Shown in pieces: positions 45,266 through 57,610 of a stretch of DNA of 64,000 nt. Under the pieces are notes generated by a model, which did no database searches, was not told the origin of the DNA, and saw nothing but the letters and a program-made list of their open reading frames with translations. Every line of letters starts with the position of its first letter. The stretch's first letter is position 1. This DNA comes from Raillietiella orientalis (Eukaryota): contig JAYWIR010000006.1 in NCBI GenBank assembly GCA_036172245.1, positions 5,890,001 through 5,954,000 on the forward strand, in the 5' to 3' direction. Both the position numbers and the translations under genes were made by a program.

Positions 45266-46340
45266 GGCACGGAGGGGGAGGGGAATGCGGGCCCACGGGG
45301 GAGCGCGCGGTGTTCACCAAGGCGGCGGCGGCAGGTGCGACGCGCGCATCACAGAGGGCGACCCTTGCGGTCGGGCGGGGAGGCGCGCGTCGGTGTGGGC
45401 GGTTCCTTCCACTCGCACGGGGAAGCCGGCGCGGGCCGGCGGCGGCGGCGGCGGCGGCGGCGGGGGGATCTCCTGCGCGCGCCTGCCTTCGCCTTCCCTC
45501 GCACTTCCTTCGGGCGCGGTCGGTCGGTGCCGTGCGCGCGCGGGGAACTCTGAGGGCGTGGGTTGCCAGTGAGCGGGCGAGAGGCGCGCGTAGCGGCGTC
45601 ACGCTCTCTCCTTCTCGCTCTCTCTCCCGCACGCGCGCGCGGTCTCTCCGTCCGCCCGCCCGTCCGCCCGCTCGCCTGTCCGTCCGTCCGTGAGCAGGGC
45701 CTCCCTCCTCTCTGGCTCTTTGTCTCTCTCTCGCGCGTGTGCGCCGTGCACGTCTGCACCTCGCTGCTCGCTCCCGGACGACGACGCCGACTGCCTCGGC
45801 CACCCGCGCGGCCATCCCGCACGCGCGCGTCCTCTTCCGTCGTCGCCGCCACCGTCTTTTCCCGCTCCGCCCGCATTCCCCGCTCCGAACCGGATGCGAG
45901 CAAACTCCCCCGGACTGCTCTTGCACGCGCGCTCTTCCCCTCTCCGGAAGGCGGTGGTAGCCTTCGCAACCGTCCGGTCGGCTTTCCCCGGGTAAACCGG
46001 TCGCGACAGGCAGCGGTGGAGGCGCCAAGGGTCGGTCTCCTGGCAGGGGAAGGCGGAGCGGGCGCCCCGTCCGCAGTCGCCATCTTTTCTGATCCCTTCC
46101 CCTTCTTCCCCTCCCTTCGTGTCCGGGAGGGCCTCAGGGCGATTAGCGGCGACCTCGAGCAAGGCGGAGGCGCGGGCGGCCAAGAAGAGAACAGGGAAGG
46201 AGAGAGAGAGAGAGAGGAGGGGGGAGAGGCCTGGAGGGGAAAGGGGGAGAGCTAGTCGAGCACCCGCGGCAAGAGACTTTCCATGGCGGCGGTCTCGGGC
46301 GGGCCTCCGCTTGCGCAAAGCGCCGAAGGCCGCAGCGTGA
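45266..46340 (-). promoter_or_regulatory. CpG/GC-rich 5'UTR-promoter region of Fur2
   Basis: Very GC/CpG-rich stretch with (GGC)n and GA tracts directly upstream of the start codon; TSS not determinable. Confidence 0.5.
45832..45950 (-). repeat. Inverted repeat arm B, ~570-690 nt upstream of the Fur2 ATG (promoter/5'UTR region)
   Basis: Minus strand reads cttccggagaggggaagagcgcgcgtgcaagagcagtccgggggagtttgctcgcatccggttcggagcggggaatgcgggcggagcgggaaaagacggtggcggcgacg. Confidence 0.85.
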
Positions 46341-46620
46341 GAGGGAAAGCAAAAAGAAGAGGAAGAGCGACGGAGGCACGGAGAGGAATTTTGAGAAACG
46401 AAAGGCAAAAGAGGAGAGAAGGGGGGAGGAGAAGAGGGAGGAAAGGCGGACGAGGAAGAGAAGGAAGGAAGGAAAAGGAGAAGGGGGAGGGTAAAAGAGG
46501 AGGAGAGGGAAGGAAGGAGTAGGAGGAGGAAGGGGAAGTGGAAGAGAGGAGGAAGGGAGGAAGCAGAGAACGAAGGAGGAAGGAGGAGGAGGAGGAAGGG
46601 GACGAAGGAGGGCAGGAACA
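46340..46620 (+). repeat. Polypurine (G/A) low-complexity tract
   Basis: About 280 nt that is almost entirely A/G on the plus strand. Confidence 0.8.
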
Positions 46621-46799
46621 CCCTCGTCCATGTCGCCTTGAGAATCGCGCGAAGAGATGGCGGAGCCGTTGCCGCAGCTTTGCCATCCCCTCGCGTCCAG
46701 GGAGATCGGCCTCACTCGTGTCTCCCTCAACCTTCCCGCTGCAACGGATCAGGCGCAGCGAGTGCTCCAGGAAGAAGAGGCAAGAGGAGATGTTGGTTC

Positions 46800-47200
46800 C
46801 GAGGGAGATGGATGGACTCTCCGCGCCATGATCTGCACATTTATGGGGAGGGACGAGGAAGAAAACCCTTTCGATGAAGGAAGCTCCACCCTCACCTCAG
46901 CAGCTCCAGGGACAAGGAGGACGGCTTCTGTAGCCCCAGCTCAGGATGGCGGAGGGTTGAGGGAGAGAGCCACCTACCTACTCCGCCAGGTTCCAAGGAC
47001 ACAGACACACCCAGGGAAACGCGTGAAGAGACTGCAGACGAGAGACATGCTCCGTCTTCCACCGTCCAAATAGACCCGATCAGTGATCAGAACGGCTCTG
47101 GACACCGTGACTTTGGATAGTCTTCAGGCAAATGCAAGGTGGTCAGGCAAACTCTCTTGAGTACGAGCTACTCCGGAAGGAGACTCATAACCTCAACTTT
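46800..47200 (+). mobile_element. Possible RTE-like LINE C-terminal fossil
   Basis: FDEGSSTLTS (cf. FTYLGSTLS), KRVKRLQTRDMLRL (cf. KRLQAFEMRCLR) and LQANARWSGKL (cf. QLRWAGHV); weak. Confidence 0.3.
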
Positions 47201-48249
47201 CGCTTCCCTAGGAAGGGAACTTTGTCTCTTCTTCGCCAGCAAGCGGCCCAAGGCGCTGGAGTTCCTCCATTAAGAGGAGACAGCGGTGACCCCCACCCCT
47301 CCACGGGGAAATCTCTCGCCAGGATTTTCATCTCCCTCCTTCGATGTGTGCGCTCTACACAGTCACCATCCACAGCTACAAGCGCTGCTCATCGGACGAA
47401 TTCCGAGGTCGAACAGAAACTCGAAGAGAACAAAGAAGGAGCCAAATTTCCCCCCCCAGCAGCCACGTCGCTGGAGCTGCAGCCGCGCTCCGAAATGCAG
47501 CCTCAGTCTGCAAGGGAGATCTCCTGCCTGAGACAAAGCGCCTGCGCGGTCGCTGCTGAACCGGCAAGGGTTCCTGAGCATCTCTTGGGTTGATTCAATG
47601 TTTTAACGCCTTCCTGTTCCCCCCCCCCCCGTGCGCCTAGAAGGATCCGCATCGGACACGGTCTGAACTCCACTCAGATCGCCGCAGGGCAAATGCGTTT
47701 TTCAAAACCTCTTCAGCAGCAGTCTGACGATGGCAGCTGCCCTTCCGAAGAGTACGAGGGAGCAGACAAAACTGCACACAAAAGCATGGAAAGTGAGGGG
47801 GTGGTGCGTGGAAGATCAAATGCATCGGTCTCCATCTGAACCCTGTGAGGACAACAATCTCGTGGGGTTGCCACGTGGTGGTTTCCGAAGCCAGACAGCC
47901 TTCAGGAGGGCAGTTCCGGTAAGGCGGTGTTCCTCTTCAAGTAGTGACGGTACCAGACAGGCTCCATCCCTGAATGCTGCAGCAAGCAGAGATGGAAACC
48001 ATAGCTACGAGAGATTTGTCACGAAGTCTTGGAGAAATCCACACATGGAAACTGAAAAGGCGGTGCAAGGAAGACAAGGACAGAGCTCAGAAGCCTCTGC
48101 ATTGAGATCTGCTAGTAAGCAAAAACAACGTGCAGAAGAGAAATGAAACCACGAACCTCCGTCAGGCTCCCACACTCTCCTTCCAGGGTAAAGCCGTTCG
48201 GATAGCCACAAGGGGTTTGGTTTCAGGTGCAGATGTGCTGCGCGGAACG

Positions 48250-51200
48250 GCTTCTTTACTGCCATGTGTCGTCTTCACAGAGCGGTAGGACTCGTTTGCT
48301 GGAGTTTCCATCTGCTAGAGGTCGGTGGTCTTCGAAGTACTCTTGATCCTTCTTAACGTCGGAGACCCCTACACGCATCTGGGCACCCCGCAGATCCGTG
48401 GCTCTTGCAGGGGACTCGGCAGAGTCGTTGATGGCTTCCTGAGCTCTTTTGGGGTTCTCCAGCACGCGTTCAGGAACCGTGCCAGTGCCTTCCGCAGGGA
48501 CCTTTGTTCATGCAGTCCCTACTCCTTCCCTTTCTCCTTTGTCCATCCTGTGGTACTCGGCGTCCTAGTGCGGCTAATGAGGGCCCGAGATTCGCAGTGC
48601 CTCCTGGCTAAGCGGACTTTGATGCGCGGTAGAAGGATGGAGTCCTGCGTGGAGTTGGTCCAAAAGACGGCTCAGACTCTGGCTGAGTACTCGCGCTCGA
48701 AATGCCAGGCGCGTTCCTCCCGCCACCCGCCGCTGGCCACCCGCGGGTAAAAAGCAAGCGCCACATCCACCAGCCAGGTTTCCAAATTCCTGATAGACGA
48801 TCCATTAGAGCGCAACCTTTCACCCCCCTCCCTGGAGGAGTCACTGCGCTCTCATTCCAATGCTGGCTCTCTTTCACCTCTGCTTTTCTCGCGCGGAAAG
48901 AAAGCTACTCCGAAGTGGGGCAGTCCAAGGTTAAGGTTGCGGAGGAACATGAGAAAGTAGAAGAAGTCTTCCAACAACAATTCAGAGGGCTTTTGTTCCA
49001 TTTGGCGTTTTCACTGTTGGGAGCAGCGTTCCTGGAGTCAGCAACAAAGCCTTTGTGCTCCCATTGTGTTCAAGACTGTCTTTCAGTCGGCCTCGCTTGC
49101 TGGCTGTGAAGTCGAGAGCTCCGGACGGAGGGAACCGTTTCGTGGCAGGGCTCTCTGCGTGTCTTCGGTGGCGGTGATCCCTTTGTTTTGGAACCGACGC
49201 CATGCCGGCACAAACCAGTGGTGCGCGTGGTGCGAATTACGAAATCACGAGTCTGTGGAGACGGACATCTGGGCAACAGTCGCCGGGGAAACCCCTTTTG
49301 CTCTCTGCTTGGAGACGTCAACAGAGGCTGGCGACCAGAGTGTGGAGAGAACCCACTTCAAGATGCTTCCGTGGAAGTAGTGTACTCGCTGGTGGAATGA
49401 CGTCAATCCGCCTGGACGCAGGTGTCCTTGAGCACACTCTGAGGAACCTCGGAGTGACGCAACCACAATCGGCTGCGCTATCAACAATCTCCTCTGCGGA
49501 AGTTTCCGGAGCATCACAGTCGTGAACTGCTCATATTTCCAGCTAGGGTACTTGCTAGAGGACGTCCGATTGGCGAAACGCGAAGGTCAGAAGGGTGAAA
49601 ACAAAAGAGTGCTCTGTCAGCTGACCTGACCTTGCGAGTGTCGACAGTGGCAGAAACTGGGCATCCGTGCGGCCGGACAGAAATGGGAAAACGGACTTCT
49701 CCCATCGAAACGTTCCTGAGGCAGGTTTCGGTACCGTGTCGCAGCACGCCGAGTTGCCGCCTGTCCGCACCATTGAATGAAGGGTTAGGGTTTCGAAATC
49801 CACGTTTTCGTACGATGATAATTCGGCATCATTTGGGACGGCAATTCCCAGAGATCACAAGGCATCAACCGACGTTGCGTCACGCCGCCATGAAAAATCG
49901 AGGGTTGAGAAACATCCGCTGGACTGGATCCTGAAGACGAAGAAGCGAGGAAACCTTCCGATTTGCGCCACGGGATTTCAACAACCGAAAAGAAGAAGTG
50001 AAGAACGGCTTCACGCATGTTTCCTTCCTCATCCGCGATTGGGAGCGAGCCACACGGGATGGGAACACCGATTTGAGGAGATTGGAAACGAGTTGAGTGG
50101 GAAACGAGTCAAATCCAAAGCAAACGTTCGAGCGAATGGAGCAATCCTCGCTCATCATGCGCTTGCAGGGGAACGCAAGGCCTGTGAGTTTTGCAAGTTT
50201 GTGATTCTAATCCAGGAAACATTAACCTGGAGGCCTTCATGAATCCAGGAGTGTTTTGGTTGGGAGCGATTGGCTCTCTCCTTAAAATGCACAGGCTCTT
50301 CTAAGCGGAGCACACCGCGAACTTATTTCTCTTTCGGGCCCCTTTCCTACATTGGAATCACAACCTCATGGCATTCTGAAAACCTGCATCCATCCTTCCC
50401 TATCACCTCCGTCACAGAGATAATGCCGCCATTTGCGTGCGTCGTTTTCCCGGAATTCATGGACTCGAAGACTGCCGACATTGATTTCTGAAATAGGATG
50501 CTTTCGAGAAGGCCACGCGTGTGAAGCTTGGTGGGTCGAAGAAAATTGCGTGGAGTGCTGCTCGAACGTCTCGATACTGCGCGCGTTTTCAAATGCGAAA
50601 GAGGATGAGAAGATCGAAGACAGTGGGCTGAGTTCACGGAAGAAGCAGTTAGTTACAGGGAGGGTACGAAACGCTGGCAACATTTCACTGCCTCGAACCA
50701 CGGAAGAGTGAATTTTTTTTCACGGTTCTAGCAGAATCAACCTCGTCTACCACTGCATTTGTATTCTTTAGGTGGGTGGATGGACTCTTCATCGGTTTCA
50801 CATTATGGGCTGGTTACCTTCCTGGGGTGCTGATCAAGCTGCTGAATGAACCACCTAGTAGTCCATTCTCCGAAATTTGCCTAAGGATAGCTGGCGCTCT
50901 TCGAAGAGGAAGGAAAAGAGAGTTGCTGATCTGGCAAAGCGAACTATCGGAGGCCACGGAACAGAAGTGACCTCAACCTTTTCTGAGACTTCAGGTAGGA
51001 ATGAAGTAGGTGGAAATCCCGACCTTCTCGAACGCCGAATGGAGCCTTCTTGAATGAGAACTTCTTGAACGCAGACCGTCGGATCCGTGAGCCACCCCAG
51101 TGGGACTATTTCTTCATGCAGAACCGGCTCTTGAGGGATAAACCGAACGTTGTGTTACGGCATCTCGCCCGATTCTGCGAAAGGTGTTGCTTGCCATGGA

Positions 51201-51550
51201 CAGCAGGACCGTGAACACAGAAGTGTAATCCGTAGAAGAGTGTTGAATGCCGCATCTGCCGAAGCAACTGGCCTCCACCCATCTTCTGGTACCAGAATCC
51301 AAAAAAGGAAGAAAAGTGAGCTGGACTGCAAGAAGCTTGTTGGAATCAGCGTTTCGCGCAGCTTGGAAGATCGTGAGACATTTCGAGTAGCACGAAAATC
51401 TCTCCCGTTCACGAACATACAGCGAATCAAAGAACACGTCGAGACACTGAGAAACAGCAGCATAGGTGGCAGAAGCGGGATCCGGACGATAACACTGGAT
51501 TTCAGCTTTCCACCCAAACGGTTCGAATCCCTCAATGCCCGCGTAACCAA
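48250..51550 (-). mobile_element. Near full-length, highly degenerate Ty3/gypsy gag-pol fossil
   Basis: Descending coordinates give: gag-like (CLDVFFDSLYVRERE; NTLLRITLLCS ~51200-51500), protease-like (KLHTRGLLESILFQK; THANGGIISV ~50400-50530), RT (RMRKETCVKP; ASGTFR; LARSGQLTEHS; LTSFHQRVHYF..LSTLWSP), RNase H (PPSGALDFTASKRG..LEHNGS..KAL*IVVG ~48980-49140), integrase (RLLDQLHAGLHP; LARFLNACWRTP; SPA..LRGAQMR). Confidence 0.55.
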
Positions 51551-54500
51551 AGTGATGTGTTATGGGAAAGTGCAGACGAAAATACAGGGGACAGCGTAAA
51601 TGCGCGTTTCGCATCCATGCATCTTCGCGTCAGCAGCCTGACTGTTGCTGCGTTCAGCGGCTCGTGCCCATGATAGTTACTCGTGGTTGCATCAGATTCG
51701 ATCTCACGTTTCACATGGAAAAAAATAGAGCAATTAGTTATAGACCTCTGCTTGGAACTGCCCACTGCGCAAGCAGCATTCTATGTGCTGCAGATTTCAT
51801 TGGCAAGTTCGCTTTCCCTCTTTCGTTAAGCTTGCAGCTGCCAAAGAACGAGTTCAGCACTCGAGATGAAATTTCCTCTACATGAGTCATGTGAGTCGCC
51901 GTTCGGAGTGCTCAGTTTCACTGCCTTCATCATTCTCAGAGTATGTGTTTTTAGAAGGACATGGGCTCCTTGTGGTGACCAGTTCTTCTCTGTCACCCAA
52001 AGCAGGACCCCTGATCGCTGCGCCAAAGAATTCCTTAGCGACTCATGTTTGCGACCTGCACTTGCGGGTTGCAGAATTTCTCTGGACTTGGGCGACATTA
52101 AGAAGCACAACGCGATCCTAAAACATCACCTATTTCTTAAAGAGCTGCTCGTCCGTAATGCCTCTTCCTGTGCCGGAGCAAGCCCCTGACAGAGTTCTCT
52201 TGAGCTTGAGTGGTACTTGAGTGATGACGTCAGTTTCCTTCTCGTCCTCATTCACGAAAGCTAAGTGACGTAGGCACAGTCAAGTTGCTAGCGAGGTTCC
52301 CTTAGAAGATTCAGAGCACAAGGAGGACGTGTTCAGCGGCGGCCCTACTTTCCTCCCAGTAGGTTTCTTCCTCGCCTTGTTCGGTCGAGCGAAGTTCAGG
52401 TGCTGGCATTCTGGAACTGAAGGCTATGAGTGCACAGGAACGAGTTTCGGTCCAGGAACACTTCCATCTCGAATGATATCCACCTCTTTTAAGAGCTGAG
52501 GAATAGAATGCCTCAGAATAGGTGTGCTCGTGGCTAATTTGCATCCCGTCGTTCTCTGTCCATCTCAGAAACAGCGCCAGCAGACCGAGAGCAGCAGTGT
52601 GCATTTCACCGAACAGAACGCTTCACAGTTATGTGCTCCAATCACAGGTGAAGTGGTTGGGAACAAAGCTACGGCACTGCACACAATTATCGGAAATCCC
52701 CCATCCAACTTGTACAGATACATGGGAAATCCAACACTTTCTCCGTCCCTTTCCTTCCATCTCTGCTGATTTGTAGTGTGGAAACAAGTGGTCGTGCATC
52801 ATTGGAGATCACATTAGCGCTCTCCACCCCTCATTTATGTCAGCCGTTTAGCGGTTATCCTCACATCAGGAGCAGATGGCTCATTACGACCTCTTGCCCA
52901 CTGTCTAAGAAGACTTACACAGTTATCCAGTATAATTCCCAACGCCATACATTCTTGCGCATTGTCCATCATCCAGAAGTTCTCTCGCGAGTAACTCAAA
53001 CATCCAAATGATATTCTTCAGCAACAAGCTGTTCCCTTGAGAGTTTTCTTCTGTCCTGGAATGCTTGGCTGCTCGAACAGGCAACTTCAAAGCTTTGTGT
53101 GCTCTTTCCTGAGATTTTCAGAATAAATGCAATGATAGGGAGACTTTGAGGTGATGAACGGTTTCTTCATGAGGTGCTACTGCGAACTCCTTCCCTTCGA
53201 AAAACGATAATCCTCATAGAGGGTGCAGGACAGATCCTGATCCTTGCACACACGCACCTGCTCCTCTATTGTATTCGGGACGTTCCAAAAGTTCTCTAGA
53301 TCTCTGGTGGTAACCCATCTCTTCTGTCTTGAAACACCTGTTCGGCCAGTGCGTTTAATCAAACATGTGGATTCCCGGAGCCGGAACTGTTCATTTCTCT
53401 CGCTTCAGGAAGATGGGTCCAGTGTTTCGAGAGCACGACAAAGAATATGCCATGTGTCTATAGGATAGCTGAACGTCACGGTTTTCAGATGAGAAACGTG
53501 AAACCCTCTCACAAAATGCAGATGGAGACAAAGGACTTGAGTGGAGGCAAGTTGAGCTCATCTAGCCAACAGACCATCTACAGTAGCAGCATATCGATTT
53601 GCTTCCAGTTCTTTCAGCAGAAGCTCCTAATTGAGAAGGAGCACCGGTTTCCATAGTTCCTGTCCATTTTATGCAAGAAAAAAAAGAATCTGGAAAGGCC
53701 TTGACTTTCTTCGTATTGTGCCGCTCTGCCAGTAAAAAAATCATCCTTTTTTTTAAAAGAAGTGCGAATAAGATCTGGCAAGGGATAAGAAAGGTAAGAA
53801 ACAAGAATAGAGTCAGTTGCTGCCTAATAGTTTCAGCTACTTATGTCGTCAAAAGAGACCTCATACCGATGCTAACCTCCTTCATTGCTCTCTTACGTGT
53901 CTTCAGCTTGTATGCGTTTCTTATGAGATGCCGATAGTGCGGAATCCCTTGGCAGCTTCGAAAGTAACATGATGTTCCAATAAGTATAGAGAAAACTTCC
54001 AGGATGTTCCTTTCGAAGGAGAGGTTCTTGGAAGAGAATGCTAAAGTATGCTTTTGATTATCTTTCCCTCGTGTCACTGCATGCATTTTTCCAATTTTCT
54101 CCTCCACCTTGGCTGAATTCACCAACGGCAACGAAACCTTTCTCCTGTGTCATCAAGAGCCTTGAATTGTCTCGAGGGAACAACGGACCTATGCCTAATG
54201 CCCACTGCACTTGGCTTCTGAGGGTTGGGGAACGCATGCAGGAATTTCTAGAAGTACTACGGCAAAATTCCCCAGCCATTTCCCTTCTGGGATAAGCTCA
54301 TCTGCAGCGGCCTCGTCTCGAACTGAAGGCTAATGATGGTGATATTGAAAACCAAAGCTCACCTCATCATCCTTCAGAGGAAGCTTTCTCGAAGAGATAA
54401 ATCAGTGCGAATACGCGATTCTGTATCACGAGTGCAGTTTTGTTTTTATATGTGAGCTGCGGTCACTTTCCGCTGCAAGATGCCAATCTCCACAAGACGA

Positions 54501-57500
54501 CATTCCGGACAAGACTCCCAGAAGAAAGTGTCCGGAACACACGCAGAGGCCTCAGCTGGGCGGCTGAGACACAGCATCATATGCTAAATGTAAGATGACA
54601 CACAAAGTTGAACAAGGGAATGGACAGTATCGACTCGCACACCTGGACAACATCTCTAGAGTTTCATAGTAATGACTCATGACTGTTGAGCACTTTAACC
54701 ACCACCTTTTATGCGGCCTTCCTTACGACAGAACTCCGGCAGTTAGGGAACACCGTGCGAGTTGTTTTTCACTTCTCGATTGAAAGTTTCTAGAACGCTC
54801 GAGAAAGCGTTCCAGCTCGCCTTAAAGATTCGGTTGCTGCATGGATTTTCTCAAATCTGATTTGAGGATTCGTTCACGCCGAATTCCCCCCAAAACGAAT
54901 TGTGTTTGCCCTTTGGCTGCATGCGTCTTTGAATTTCGAAGGGATGCGAGTGAAATCTTCCAGAACTGCAGCTTATTCCTTTGTTTGATTCCTTCAATCC
55001 ACAGCTCTTGCAGCAGAACGAAGAGCAGAGAAAGCAGCAGGTTCCTTTTTTTGTGGAATGCCTTCCCTCTGAAACGTCGCAATTCTGGAATTGGATTCTA
55101 AAATCTACGGCAAACTCTGTATTAGCGGAAAAGTCAACAAATCAGAGGACCGAGAATCCGAATTTGAATTCTAACGAAGAGGCACAACTCTTACTTCCAG
55201 CCATGCATCCCTCTCTTCATCTGAACGGCGAGAGCAGAGCTGTCGGCAGCATGAGGATTTTCTCAAGAGATCTCCGATCAGGTAATCTGCCAAAAATATG
55301 TGAAGATAAGGTGTATTCTGTTCCTAGAGTCAACGCCTGCCTGGATATTTGTATGCCTCGGTGCACAGCCGAGGCATAGAACCAGTAGAACGGCGCTGAA
55401 GTGTTCGAGACTAGGGATTTCCAGGCTAATAAAAGGCTTACACGAGATCCCAGGACGAAGAACAAATCCTGCTAGTTTGGCTTGTGGATCCAGTGGCTGC
55501 GAGGCCTGGTTACTAGCGACTTCTGAGAGTTGTGTCTGGTCTCTAAGAGGCGGCAAGGCTTCGGTGAGGAATCCGCCTCGCACTTTCCTGCTGCCGCGGC
55601 GACTCCGCGATGCAGGACGCCACCAGATGAACCGAATCCTCGTGGCGGTGGGTGAAATTACCTTGGTCGAAAGTCAGCTTCCAGAATCGTAATTCGCTCT
55701 CGGGACTTTCCCAGAAGCCGAAAACAGAGGTGCGCTGCCCGGCTTGCGCGCGGGGCTCTGTTTGCAATGCTTCGCTCCTGCAGCCACTTATCACCGGCTA
55801 ACAAAAAAGCATCCCTAATCACCCGCCTCGAGGAATCAAGGTTCGCTAAACAGGGTAGCTCTCGATGCTCAACTTTCGGAAGACCAAAGAGGCCAAATTT
55901 GTTGCAGTCCGCTGAAAACCATTCGTTTCTTACACTCTTCGCGAGAAAGCTAGCGATCTCAATTACCTCGCAAGGTGATGGAGTGCACAGAGTCTTCGCC
56001 CCTTCGGGTCTCACTCTGCACGCTACAACATAGTAAGAGTAGTAATCACGGGACTCATGTAATGTTAGCAATAAAACGGAGGGCCGGACCAAGGTAGTAA
56101 ATCGGCAATCCAAGATTATAATTAGCTTTTAAGAGTACCCAACGTCTTTCCTCTCGGGAATCGCTTGAAAAACGTTCCCTTAATCCGTGACTTCATGTTG
56201 CATTTCAAAGGATGTGTCTGCCGCCGGAATGCAAATTTTACAACTCAAGCAGCTAGCGACGCGGCCATGATGCAAAGTACACAGCAAAGATGCTCTGTGG
56301 TCGATTGTCTCCCGTTGCCAGCGCTACCGAAGCATCCTCCGCTGTTTAAAATGCAGAGGTGGCCGCACTTGCATGCACTGGCTCCTTGGGATCCGGCATT
56401 TGCTTATTCAGGATGGAACTTTGCCCACACGAGTGTTCCACAATTCCCCCTTTAGCAGAACGGGGAAAGCTCCGGGAATGCAGGAACTGCTTTGGTTTCT
56501 GGGGAGTTTTCAGCCACGACCAGTTTCACCAGAGACAGTGGAAAAAGTGGCTGGCAACGAACGAACGGCAAGGCAAAGGAATCCTTGAAATAAATTCGCA
56601 TCTTGCAGCTTTTTTTGCCAGTCCTTTGAGTCCACACGAAAGACGAGAACACAAAGGCGTCATACGCTTTGCATTCTAAGACGAAATCGGGAGGCCTTGA
56701 AATGGGGACACATGGCAAAGTCAGTCTATCCGCCTCTACCCACGCCTGTAAAGTTAAAGAAATCAACGGGCAACGCGGGCAAATGAATGAGCCATTTCAG
56801 GGACTCCCCAGCTTTTTCCTCGTTGGTGCACACTCGAGCTGCTGGCACCCGCGCTGCGAAAGAGCTTGAAAACCACGAGCTGAGTAAGAGAAATGCCTTT
56901 TGGAAAATCGGAGGCAGCGTTCAGCACGCGAGTCCATTTGCTCCTGAAGAAAGCTCGCACCGGGGGCCGGAGCAAAAGCTAGGACAAAATAAAATTGGTT
57001 TCCCGTCTTCTTGAAGGCGGAAGGGTTCAGCTTAGCAGTGAAGGCACAACTGGTTGCGATGCACTTTCTTTCTTGAGCTCTCCGAGTACCCACAGCGTGC
57101 CGCCGCTTGTTAGCAGCCGTGCAAACACGAGAAACGGCAGAAACGATGAAGGGAAAAGAAACCCTGAGGACGGAAGACTCGTGAAGGACAAGCAGGTGGC
57201 ATTTCGTTCCTGCCGCGCTGCTGGATCATGATCAATCTAAATGGATGACGACGAGTGATTGGCTTTCCAGGGTAGAGGTTCCGACAAGGTCGTTCAGACG
57301 CCAAGACCCGCAACTCGAGAAACGCTCCTCTCCAGACAGGTTCCAGGACGCCTTCATCGAGATTCTCTGGGGATCACACGGGGCAAGCTGCAGGGCAACG
57401 GTCCCTTATACGTCTACGGCGGCGCTACACAGTGGAGCGCAACATGCAGGCATGTGGCGCTTTGGTAAGTGATCCGACTGAAGGATCTTCGTGCTCTTGA

Positions 57501-57610
57501 ATCAAGTGTTCCAAGGGTGCACCAGGGTGAAGAAGAACGTCATCAAATGAAATAAAATGCAGAACTGAGAAACGGCATTTGTTATCCCAGAGAGCGCTGC
57601 TGTAGCTGCC

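Noticed and set aside
325..46730. Many long ORFs of 200-370 aa (e.g. 10992-12062, 20020-20946, 21055-22029, 36950-38056, 42429-43397, 45599-46621)
   Set aside because: Arg/Pro/Gly/Ser-rich, overlapping in several frames, with no domain motifs. This is expected from high GC or antisense shadows of real exons.
10128..49960. CTGANGA hammerhead-core-like words (e.g. 10128, 19785, 28686 minus, 29470, 29882, 49931)
   Set aside because: None is followed by a closed stem II plus GAAA with matching stems I and III.
50000..50100. Plus-strand FLIRDW resembling the atlastin/GBP G4 motif
   Set aside because: Short, stop-bounded and without other GTPase motifs. The region is better explained by the minus-strand gypsy fossil.
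32820..50252. Short similarity between 32820-32860 (minus) and 50221-50252 (ttaacc..ctggagg..atgaatccagga)
   Set aside because: About 30 nt with gaps. It may be a further repeat fragment but is too short to support.
56380..56500. IQDGTLPTRVF..ECRNC resembling the C-terminus of an R2/R4-type element
   Set aside because: Too short and ambiguous, with no collinear RT or restriction-like endonuclease motif on the same strand.
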